DNA of 64,000 bases from Thermoanaerobaculales bacterium (GTDB lineage Bacteria > Acidobacteriota > Thermoanaerobaculia > Thermoanaerobaculales > Sulfomarinibacteraceae): assembly GCA_035358815.1 (NCBI GenBank), contig DAOPQC010000001.1, forward strand, positions 481,309-545,308, given 5' to 3'. Positions 50,832-59,035 of the stretch are shown one piece after another (position 1 is the stretch's first letter; each line of letters begins with the position of its first letter). The position numbers and the translations under genes are program-made. The notes below the pieces were generated by a model that did no database searches, had not been told where the DNA came from, and worked only from the letters and a program-made list of their open reading frames with translations.

Positions 50832-51587
50832 ATGCATCTCGATGTGGTCACCATATTCCCCGAGCTGTTCACGCCGTTCCGCACCACCGGAGTGCTGGGC
50901 AAGGCGGTCGAGCGCGGCCTGATCGAGATCGACGTCCACGACCTCCGGCAGTGGGCGGAGAACAGGTGGGGGCAGGTCGACGACGAGCCGTACGGCGGCG
51001 GCGCCGGGATGGTGCTCCAGGCGCCGCCGGTGCTGCGCGCCGCCCGCGCCCTGGCAGCGAGGGCGGCCCAGCCGAGCCAGCTGATCCTGCTCTCCCCCAG
51101 CGGGGAGCCGTTCGACCAGGCGCTGGCCGCGGAGCTGGCGGCGCTCGGCCGCGTGATCGTGCTGTGCGGGCGGTACGAGGGCTTTGACCAGCGGATCGTC
51201 GACATCCTGAAGCCGCGTGAGATCTCGCTGGGAGACTTCATCCTCGGCGGCGGCGAGGTGGCGGCGATGGCGATCATCGAGGCCGTGGCCCGCCTCGTCC
51301 CCGGGGTGGTCGGTGACCCGGCCTCGGTGGCCGACGACTCGTTCTCGCGAGGCCTGCTCGACCACCCCTGCTACACCCGGCCGCCGGACGTGGAAGGACA
51401 TCCGGTGCCGGAGGTGTTACGCTCCGGCAACCACGAGGCGGTCCGGAAATGGCGCCTCGAGCGCGCGGTCGAGGCGACGGTCAGCCGCCGTCCCGACCTG
51501 GTCAGCGAGCATTGGGATGCGTACCCGGGCGAGGTTCGCGAGCTCATCGGTCGGATGCGGCGGGCCGGAAGCGATGGCGAGCCGTGA
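50832..51587 (+). CDS. trmD: tRNA (guanine37-N1)-methyltransferase
   Basis: MHLDVVTIFPELF...DDEPYGGGAGMVL...LLSPSGEPF..LVLCGRYEGFDQR...SLGDFILGGGE. Confidence 0.9.
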   Translation: MHLDVVTIFPELFTPFRTTGVLGKAVERGLIEIDVHDLRQWAENRWGQVDDEPYGGGAGMVLQAPPVLRAARALAARAAQPSQLILLSPSGEPFDQALAAELAALGRVIVLCGRYEGFDQRIVDILKPREISLGDFILGGGEVAAMAIIEAVARLVPGVVGDPASVADDSFSRGLLDHPCYTRPPDVEGHPVPEVLRSGNHEAVRKWRLERAVEATVSRRPDLVSEHWDAYPGEVRELIGRMRRAGSDGEP

Positions 51588-51629
51588 TCCGGGCCCCGGA
51601 ATCGAAACTCAGTTGAGAGGCCGAAACGG

Positions 51630-53375
51630 ATGATCAGGCGCTTGATCGCAGCGAGTGTGGTTCTGGTGGCCCTCATGGCCGCGACGGCTGCAGCCCAGCC
51701 AGCCGGCCGGGAGCCGGTGTTCGGCGTGCGGCTGCTCGCGGACCGGGCCCCGGTGGTGGCCGGCGCGCCGGCGCGGCTGGCGGTGGTGCTCAACGTCGAG
51801 CAGGGCTGGCACGTCAACTCCGACGACCCCGGCGACGAGTTCTCGATGCCGACCACCCTCGAGTGGCGGCTGCCCGAGGGGTGGTCGGTGGACGGCGTGG
51901 AGTACCCCGCCGGCCGGCGGCTCACCTTCTCCTTCGCGGAGACGCCGGTCGAGGTCTGGGAGGAGCGGGTCGTCATCGTCGCCGCCGTCAGGGTGCCGGC
52001 CGCCGCTGCCGGCCCTGCCGAGCTCGCCGTGACGGTCACCGCTCAGGCCTGCAACGACCACCAGTGCCTGCCTCCGGCGCCGGTCAAGGCTGCGGCCACG
52101 GTCGACGTGGCGCCGGCCGGCAGCTCGTCGCTGCCGGCCAACAGCGAGCTCTTCCCGGCGCAGGCGGCCCCGGCTGCGGCGGTCGACGCCGCCGCCGAGA
52201 GCCCGTTCGCCGGCACCTCGCTGCCGCTGCTGCTCCTGACCGTCTTCGTCGCCGGCCTCGCCCTCAACCTCACGCCGTGCGTCTACCCGCTGATCCCGAT
52301 CACCGTCGGGTTCTTCTCGCAGCAGACCGCCAGGCGCCGGGGCGGCACCTTCGGGCTGGCGCTACTGTATGTGCTCGGCATGTCCGTGACCTACTCGGTG
52401 CTCGGCGTCGTCGCGGCGCTGACCGGCCAGCTGTTCGGCTCGGCGATGCAGAGCCCGATCGTCGTCGCCGTCATCGTGGCCGTCATGCTGGCGCTGGCCG
52501 CGTCGATGTTCGGTCTCTGGGAGCTGCGGGTGCCGGGGTGGGCGATGCGCGCCGCCGGCGGCCGCCGGGGCGGGTTCGGGGCCCTCCTGATGGGCCTCGT
52601 CGTCGGCTTCGTGGCCGCCCCGTGCATCGGTCCGTTCGTGCTCGGGCTGCTGACCTTCGTCGGCCAGAAGGGCAGCGTGCTGCTCGGCTTCGTCCTGTTC
52701 TTCACCCTCGCGATGGGGCTCGGCCTGCCCTACCTGCTGCTCGGCTCCTTCACCGGCGCGATCAGCAAGTTGCCCGCCTCGGGCGCCTGGATGATCGGCA
52801 TCCGCAAGGTCTTCGGCGTGCTGCTGGTCGCCCTCGCCGTCTACTTCGCGCGCCCCTTCCTGCCGGGTCAGGCCGGCGCCCTGGCGATGGCGGCGGTTCT
52901 GGTCGTGGGCGGGCTCTACCTGCTCGTGGTCGACCGGACCGGCCACCAGCAGCCGGCCATCGACCGGGTGATGCGCGTGGTCACGCTCGGGATGGTGGTC
53001 GCAGGGCTGACGTTCCTGCCACGGGGGGAGAGCCCGCAGGCGAAGCACCTCGAGTGGCAGGCCTACGACGAGGGGCGCGCCGCCGCTGCCATCTCCTCCG
53101 GCCAGCCGGTGATCCTGGACTTCTACGCCGACTGGTGCGCCCCGTGCCGCGAGCTCGACGAGCTGACCTTCGCCGACCCCCGGGTGGCGGAGGCGCTGTC
53201 CGGGTTTGCGCGGTTCAAGGTCGACCAGACCCGCTCGACCGACGCCGGCGACGAGGCCGCGACGCGGTTCGAGGTGATGGGGATGCCGACCGTGATCGTC
53301 TTCCGGGACGGCAGCGAGCGGTTCCGGATCACCGGCTTCGAGCCGGCGGACCGCTTCCTCGCACGGCTGCTGTAG
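51630..53375 (+). CDS. dsbD: thiol:disulfide interchange protein DsbD (protein-disulfide reductase)
   Basis: Signal peptide, N-terminal domain with ACNDHQCLPP, TM core with TPCVYPLIPIT and APCIGPF, and C-terminal thioredoxin WCAPCREL. Confidence 0.85.
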   Translation: MIRRLIAASVVLVALMAATAAAQPAGREPVFGVRLLADRAPVVAGAPARLAVVLNVEQGWHVNSDDPGDEFSMPTTLEWRLPEGWSVDGVEYPAGRRLTFSFAETPVEVWEERVVIVAAVRVPAAAAGPAELAVTVTAQACNDHQCLPPAPVKAAATVDVAPAGSSSLPANSELFPAQAAPAAAVDAAAESPFAGTSLPLLLLTVFVAGLALNLTPCVYPLIPITVGFFSQQTARRRGGTFGLALLYVLGMSVTYSVLGVVAALTGQLFGSAMQSPIVVAVIVAVMLALAASMFGLWELRVPGWAMRAAGGRRGGFGALLMGLVVGFVAAPCIGPFVLGLLTFVGQKGSVLLGFVLFFTLAMGLGLPYLLLGSFTGAISKLPASGAWMIGIRKVFGVLLVALAVYFARPFLPGQAGALAMAAVLVVGGLYLLVVDRTGHQQPAIDRVMRVVTLGMVVAGLTFLPRGESPQAKHLEWQAYDEGRAAAAISSGQPVILDFYADWCAPCRELDELTFADPRVAEALSGFARFKVDQTRSTDAGDEAATRFEVMGMPTVIVFRDGSERFRITGFEPADRFLARLL

Positions 53376-53400
53376 CGGGCGGCCGCGACCCGTTCCCGGG

Positions 53401-54177
53401 TCAGCTTTCGACCACGTCACCGCCGGTGATGACGCGCTCGCCGGCGCCCTGCCCGAGCCGGAGGAAGCCGTCCTCGGTCAGCCCGGCGAAGGTGCCGGAC
53501 TCGACCGCGCCGGACGCCACCCGCACCGTGATGCGGTCCCCGAGTCGATGGACCAGGCGGCGCCGCCAGTGCTCGAGCGCGGGTGCCGGATCGGCGATGG
53601 ACTCGGCCAGGCCGCGCACGAAGCCGGCCGCGACGCCGGCGGCCGCAGCCGCAGCGGCCTTCGCCCCGATCACCTCGGAGAGTGAGATCGGTGGCCGCTG
53701 CGCGCCCCTCACCCGACCGCCGATCGGCACCACGTTGACCCCGACGCTGACGGTCACCCGCGTGACGGCGCCGAGCCGGGCGTGGACGAGGATGCCGGCG
53801 AGCTTGCGCCCGTCGACCAGGATGTCGTTCGGCCACTTGATGCCCGTGTCCCCGGCCCCCGCGCCCGCGAGGGCGAGGCAGGCGGCCGCTGCCGCCAGCA
53901 TCGGCAGCCGCGCCACGGCGTCCCCGGCGACCGATGATGCCACCCAGCTGAGGTACAGGCCCCCCGGCGGGGACACCCAGCGGTTGCGGCCGCGGCCGAC
54001 GCCCCGGCTCTGGGAGGCGGCGAGCACGACGGTCGGGTTGAGGGCGAGGCCTTCGCGGTCGACCTGGTCGATGAGGCGGAGCGCCACTGCATGCGTCGAG
54101 TCGACCGTCTCGAACAGGACGACGTTCTCGACGAGGTCCCCGAGGTCGCGGGCCAGCTCGACAGCGAGCGCCTTCAC
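53401..54177 (-). CDS. birA: biotin--[acetyl-CoA-carboxylase] ligase (no N-terminal HTH)
   Basis: Motifs: QSRGVGRGRNRWVSPPGGLYLS and KWPNDILVDGRKLAGILV. Confidence 0.85.
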   Translation of the reverse strand: MKALAVELARDLGDLVENVVLFETVDSTHAVALRLIDQVDREGLALNPTVVLAASQSRGVGRGRNRWVSPPGGLYLSWVASSVAGDAVARLPMLAAAAACLALAGAGAGDTGIKWPNDILVDGRKLAGILVHARLGAVTRVTVSVGVNVVPIGGRVRGAQRPPISLSEVIGAKAAAAAAAGVAAGFVRGLAESIADPAPALEHWRRRLVHRLGDRITVRVASGAVESGTFAGLTEDGFLRLGQGAGERVITGGDVVES

Positions 54178-54301
54178 CTGGGCCGAGCCCCCTTCCCCGG
54201 CCCCTCGGTCGGCCGACCGGAATCGGCAGGGGTGAACGGGCAGAACTCGGAAGTGCTCATCGCGGTGGCCGGATGGACGGGTCCCTCATGACTGCCGAGC
54301 G

Positions 54302-55549
54302 CTAGCGGTCCGTCTCGAGCTCGGCCTCGAGCTGGCGAATGCGCTCGCGCACCATGACCTCGGCGACGTCGGGGATCACCTCCCACGCGATGTGCTCGAT
54401 CGTGCCGTGGGCCAGCTCGAGCACGCGGCGGGCGATCCGTTCGACGTCGTCGTCGGACAGCCCCGCCGGGATCGCCGCCGCCGGAGCGGCAGCGCCGTCC
54501 GTCGGGGAGCCGGCCGGCCGCTCGAGGGGAGGCAGCGGCGCCGTGTCAGCATCGGTGACGAACGGCGACCCGGCCCCGACGTCCTCCCCCGCCGGTCGCA
54601 GGTCGATCCCGGGCCGCGCCGGAGTGTCCGCGGGCGCCGTGACCGGCCCGGTGTCCGCCCGAAGCGCCAGGTCGTCGCCGGCGGTGTCGGGCTCGATGGC
54701 CGGGCCGCGGTCCGGCTCGGCCTGCGGCCGCGGCTCCGGCGGCGCGAACACGGCGCCGGCGATGTCGGATCCGTCGAGCGCCGGAACCACGTCGCCGAAG
54801 GGATCGCTGCTGGTCTCGAAAGCATCGGCGAAGGTCCCGTCGCCCTGCGCGTCGGCGGGCTCCTCGCCGAGATCAGCGAAGGGGTCGACGTCGGCGCCGC
54901 CGAGGTCGAACTCGAGCCCGTCCCGCGGCGCCTCGATCGCGGTGGCGGACCGCTCCCGGGCCGCGGCCTCCATCTCGGCGAACCCCGCCTTCGTGAACTC
55001 CAGTCCCTCGCCGAGGCCCAATGCGGCGGCCGCGGCGTCGCCCAGCTGCGGCGGCGCCCCGGTGCCGGTCGGCCGCAGCGGCAGGGGCGCGAACGACCCG
55101 CCCTCCGCGAGCCCGCGCACGACCGGCCCGGTGTCGGCGTCGCCACGGCGCACCTCGGTCCGGGCCGCGGGTGCCGAGCCCCGGCCGCGCACCAGCCGGT
55201 CGACGGCGTCGATCAGCTTGCGGGCCTCGAACGGCTTGGTGAGGATCTCCGAGCATCCCACCGCCAGCGCGCGGTCCCGGTCCAGTGGCTCGAACGTCCC
55301 GGACAGCAGGATCACCGGGATGTGGAGGGTGTCGGGGCTGGACTTGATGACCTGGCAGACGTCGTAGCCGTCGCGGCCCGGCATCATGATGTCGCAGATG
55401 ATGACGGCTGGCTGGACCTGCGAGACCTTCTCGAGGAGCTCGTCGCCGCTCGACACGGCGACCACGGTGTAGGGGGTGTCGGCGAAGGTCAGCTCCACGA
55501 CCTTCTGGATGGTCAGGCTGTCGTCGGCGAGGAGGATGGTCTGCGTCAT
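54302..55549 (-). CDS. response regulator (REC domain) with a long acidic Pro/Ala/Asp-rich linker and a short conserved-looking C-terminal segment
   Basis: REC domain: ILLADDSLTIQKVV...IICDIMMPGRDGYDVC...TKPF. A low-complexity stretch of about 230 aa follows. The C-terminus reads ERIARRVLELAHGTIEHIAWEVIPDVAEVMVRERIRQLE. Confidence 0.75.
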   Translation of the reverse strand: MTQTILLADDSLTIQKVVELTFADTPYTVVAVSSGDELLEKVSQVQPAVIICDIMMPGRDGYDVCQVIKSSPDTLHIPVILLSGTFEPLDRDRALAVGCSEILTKPFEARKLIDAVDRLVRGRGSAPAARTEVRRGDADTGPVVRGLAEGGSFAPLPLRPTGTGAPPQLGDAAAAALGLGEGLEFTKAGFAEMEAAARERSATAIEAPRDGLEFDLGGADVDPFADLGEEPADAQGDGTFADAFETSSDPFGDVVPALDGSDIAGAVFAPPEPRPQAEPDRGPAIEPDTAGDDLALRADTGPVTAPADTPARPGIDLRPAGEDVGAGSPFVTDADTAPLPPLERPAGSPTDGAAAPAAAIPAGLSDDDVERIARRVLELAHGTIEHIAWEVIPDVAEVMVRERIRQLEAELETDR

Positions 55550-55696
55550 GCGGTCTCCCGATCGCCCGGCACCCCACAGGAGGCAGGCCTCGCCGTCTCC
55601 ATCGGGACGCCGCAGCTGACCCGATTATAGCCCGTGCCGACGGCGGCTTCGGTGACCGCCACGCCGCGGACGGCCCACCGGCGCCCGCCTGGCCGG

Positions 55697-56344
55697 TCAG
55701 CGCGGCCGCGCCTGTGTGCCGGCGCGCAGGAAGTCGAGCGCGCGCAGCGGCCGGTCGGCCTCGGAGCGCACCCGCCGGTCCAGCCATCGCGCGAGCTCGG
55801 GGGAGGGCAGGCCGGGCAGCTCGGTGGGCCCCAGGGTCCGGCAGGCGACCAGGAGCTCGAGGTCGCCAGGCCCGAGCGGACAGTCCTCGAGCGGCGGCAT
55901 CAGGCCGCTCAGGGTGAGGATCCAGAGCTGGCAGTAGGCGACGACGGATGCCGGGGGGGTGCCCTCGAGCAGCGCGTTGAGGGCCGCGACGCCGAGCCGG
56001 AACGGGCGCGGTGCCGGCTCGCCCTGCGGGCAGAAGGTGGTCAGCAACTCGGCAACGACCGCCGCCGCCGCCGCGCGCTCGAGGTCGCGCGCGAGCGGGA
56101 ACGACGACTGCTTGAGCTCCACCTGCCGGACCGTCGCCAGCTCGGCCCGGCGCCCCTGGAAGGCGGCGACGCGGATCAGCGACAGCAGCTGGGTGGCTGC
56201 CGCCTGTGGGCTCTTGCCGCCGCGCGCGCCGCGCAGGACGCAGCGGACGACGCCTGCCGACGGCGTCAGCAGCAGCAAGATGAGGTGGAGCTCGCCGTAC
56301 GGCAGCGAGTCGAGCACCAGGGCGTCGTCGTCGAGGTAAGCCAC
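55697..56344 (-). CDS. recO: DNA repair protein RecO
   Basis: OB-fold N-terminus ALVLDSLPYGELHLILLLLTPSAGVVRCVLRGARG. Length 215 aa. Confidence 0.65.
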   Translation of the reverse strand: MAYLDDDALVLDSLPYGELHLILLLLTPSAGVVRCVLRGARGGKSPQAAATQLLSLIRVAAFQGRRAELATVRQVELKQSSFPLARDLERAAAAAVVAELLTTFCPQGEPAPRPFRLGVAALNALLEGTPPASVVAYCQLWILTLSGLMPPLEDCPLGPGDLELLVACRTLGPTELPGLPSPELARWLDRRVRSEADRPLRALDFLRAGTQARPR

Positions 56345-56383
56345 GGCACCATGGTAGCCGGGGGCGGGTCCGGCGTCGCGGGC

Positions 56384-58897
56384 TCAGCGATCGGCGCCCA
56401 GCTCGGCCCCGACCTGCCGGGCATAGAGCTGGACCTCGGGGTCGTCCCCTGCGACCTGGAGGGCGAGCGACAGCCAGTGCACGGCGCCGGCCTGGTTGCC
56501 GGCGCTGCGCTCGAGCAGCGAGAACAGCAGCAGCCGCTTGCCGGCCACCAGGCTGCGAACCGGCTCGATCAGGGGCGGCGGCAGGCCGCGGATCCGGTCG
56601 AGCGGCGACCGGTAGCCGTCGACGAGCAGCCGGGCGTTGGCCTCCCACAGGCCGTCGCGGTACGCGGCCGGCGCGAGGAACTCGAGCCGCGGGTGAAGGT
56701 CGGTCGACGGCGGGCCGAGCGCCAGCCTCCGGCAGGCCTCGGGGTCGAGCTGGAGCAGGGCGGCGATCTGGGCCGGCGTCGCCAGCGCCGAGGCGGCAAG
56801 GTCCGCCGGCCGGCCGTGCTGGTCGAGCAGGAGCTGCCAGCGCTGCCAGTCGAGGTCGAGCGGGCGGTCGCTGCCGACCAGCATCGCGTGGCCGAGGCCG
56901 AACAGCACCCAGGTCTCCGCGAAGGCGGCGTCGAAGGTGGCGATCGCCCGCCGGAACTCCCGGGTCGGCATCCGGTGCAGCGGGAGGTACTGGCAGACGA
57001 CGCCTCCCGGATGCAGGCGGCGGCGGCACAGGTTGAAGTAATCGAGGGAGTACAGCGGCGCCGACCCGTACAGCGGATGGACCGGGTCGCAGGTGATGAC
57101 GTCGTAGCGCGGCCCGCCGAGCAGCAGGTGATTGCGGCCGTCGTTGGCGACGACGTGCACCCGCGGGTCGCTCAGCACGCCGTGGTTGAGGTGCTCGAAG
57201 TAGCGGGTCGCCTCGATCACCTCCGGCACAATCTCGGCCACGTCGATCCGCTGCACCCCGGGCGTGGCTGCGATCATCGCCGTGGTGACCCCGGCGCCAC
57301 AGCCGATCACGAGCACCCGCTCCGGCCGGGGGTGGACCAGGGCCGGCACCAGGCCGAGCATCCGCACCACCTTGAGCGCGTCGTAGGTCGAGCCGATCAC
57401 CGCGTTGTTGTCGACGAACATCGAGCGCACGCCGGTCTGGCGGTCCTCGGTGACGACGACGGTGCCCGACGGCGACTCCCGGTAGGCGAGGATCCCCGCC
57501 TCGGGATTGCCGGCCAGCGACGGCAGCGCCACCACGGCGAAGCGGGGTGCCGCGACGGCGGCGATGGCGAGCGCGCCCGCGGCGGCCGCCGCCGCGACCG
57601 CGAGCGCCCGCTGCCGGCCGCGGGCAGCGGTCGCGGCGAGCCCGGCATGACAGGCGGCCAGCAGCGCCAGGCAGCGGCCGAAGCCGAGGGCTGGCAGCGC
57701 CAGGAAGCCGGCGGCGGCGGCGCCGGCCGCCGCGCCGGCCGAGTTGACGATCCCCATCGCGCCGAGGCGGCGGCCGCCGTCCTCGACCCGCGGCGTCGCC
57801 GCGGCCAGCAGCAGCGGCCACGCCGCCCCGAGCAGCAGGGCGACGGGGAGGATCACGCCGCCGCCGAGCACGAGCGGCGGGACCAGGACCCGCGCCCAGC
57901 CGGCGCCCGGCCGCAGCAGCCGCGCCGCGAGCGCGATCTGGGGCAGCAGCAGGGCCTGGCCGAGCAGCAGGAGCGCCGCTGCGGCCTGGAGCCTGGCCCA
58001 CCAGGCGAGCGGCTGGCCGCCGCCGATCAGCCGCGACGACGCCGCGGCCCCGGCGGCTAGGCCGGCCAGCGTCACCGCGAGCAGCAGCGTGAGGGTGGCG
58101 GTGGAGTTGGCCATCACCATCAGCAGGGCGCGGTGCCAGATCGTCTCGGCCGCCAGCACCAGGCCGCCGGAGACGGCCGCGGCGGCGAGCAGGGCCACCG
58201 CCGACCGGTCGAGCTCGAGCGGTTGCGGTCCCGCCGGCCGACGGCTCTCCCCGCGACCCGAGAGGGCCCGTTGGGCGGCCAGCGCCGCGGCGGCCGCGCC
58301 CAGGTTGGCCACGGCGGCGAGCGCGGCAGCGCCCGGGATGCCGGCCCCGGGCAGGACCAGGAGGCCGGTCACGATCACACCGGCGACGCCGCCCACGGTG
58401 GCCCCGGCGATCAGCCTGCCGATGCCGTAGTGAAGCTCGGGCACCGAGCGCGCTGCGGCGCGTGCGAGCAGCGGGAAGCCGGCGCCCATGAGCATGGTCG
58501 GCAGCACCAACGCGGCCACCGCGGTGACCAGGCGGCCGGCCAGGAACGCGGGCCGGGTCGCGTCGTCGGCCGCGGGCAGGATCGCCGCGGCCAGCGCCGG
58601 CAGCCGGAGCAGGCCGACCGACCACAGCGGACCGGCGAGCGCCAGCGCGAGCTCGATCCGTGCCGCGACCCGGGCAGGCGCGGCCACGCGGTCGGCGAGC
58701 CTGCCGCCGAGGAAGCTGCCGAGGCCGAGCCCGAGCATGAAGGCGGTGAGCACGGTCGCCACCGCGTACTGGGAGGAGCCGAACGCGAGCGCCAGCTCGC
58801 GGCCCCACAGCAGCTCCAGCGCGAGCGCCGACATCCCTGACAGGACTGCGCACGAAACGAGCAGCGGGAGGGCCGAGTCGGGGCGCCGGCGCGACAC
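56384..58897 (-). CDS. fused polytopic membrane / spermidine synthase-like / TPR protein
   Basis: The N-terminal region of about 450 aa is multi-TM. Methyltransferase-fold motifs VLVIGCGAGVT and DVITCDPVHP...LYSLDYFNLCRRRLHPGGV. The C-terminus is TPR-like. GTG start. Confidence 0.7.
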   Translation of the reverse strand: MSRRRPDSALPLLVSCAVLSGMSALALELLWGRELALAFGSSQYAVATVLTAFMLGLGLGSFLGGRLADRVAAPARVAARIELALALAGPLWSVGLLRLPALAAAILPAADDATRPAFLAGRLVTAVAALVLPTMLMGAGFPLLARAAARSVPELHYGIGRLIAGATVGGVAGVIVTGLLVLPGAGIPGAAALAAVANLGAAAAALAAQRALSGRGESRRPAGPQPLELDRSAVALLAAAAVSGGLVLAAETIWHRALLMVMANSTATLTLLLAVTLAGLAAGAAASSRLIGGGQPLAWWARLQAAAALLLLGQALLLPQIALAARLLRPGAGWARVLVPPLVLGGGVILPVALLLGAAWPLLLAAATPRVEDGGRRLGAMGIVNSAGAAAGAAAAGFLALPALGFGRCLALLAACHAGLAATAARGRQRALAVAAAAAAGALAIAAVAAPRFAVVALPSLAGNPEAGILAYRESPSGTVVVTEDRQTGVRSMFVDNNAVIGSTYDALKVVRMLGLVPALVHPRPERVLVIGCGAGVTTAMIAATPGVQRIDVAEIVPEVIEATRYFEHLNHGVLSDPRVHVVANDGRNHLLLGGPRYDVITCDPVHPLYGSAPLYSLDYFNLCRRRLHPGGVVCQYLPLHRMPTREFRRAIATFDAAFAETWVLFGLGHAMLVGSDRPLDLDWQRWQLLLDQHGRPADLAASALATPAQIAALLQLDPEACRRLALGPPSTDLHPRLEFLAPAAYRDGLWEANARLLVDGYRSPLDRIRGLPPPLIEPVRSLVAGKRLLLFSLLERSAGNQAGAVHWLSLALQVAGDDPEVQLYARQVGAELGADR

Positions 58898-58956
58898 GGC
58901 GGCGAGTATAGCGGCTGTCCCTGTGGGACAGTTGAGATCGCGTCTAACTTATTGAA

Positions 58957-58984
58957 TTGACAACGCCTCGCACCGTGACATGAT
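58957..58984 (+). promoter_or_regulatory. candidate promoter TTGACA-16 nt-(TGa)CATGAT for the C25 peptidase gene
   Basis: TTGACA at 58957-58962 and an extended -10-like gTGaCATGAT at 58976-58984. The hairpin GGCGGATCG-cc-CGATCCGCC (58996-59015) follows in the leader. Confidence 0.4.
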
Positions 58985-59035
58985 GCGCGGTGGAGGGCGG
59001 ATCGCCCGATCCGCCGACATCCGAGGAGGGGCTCG

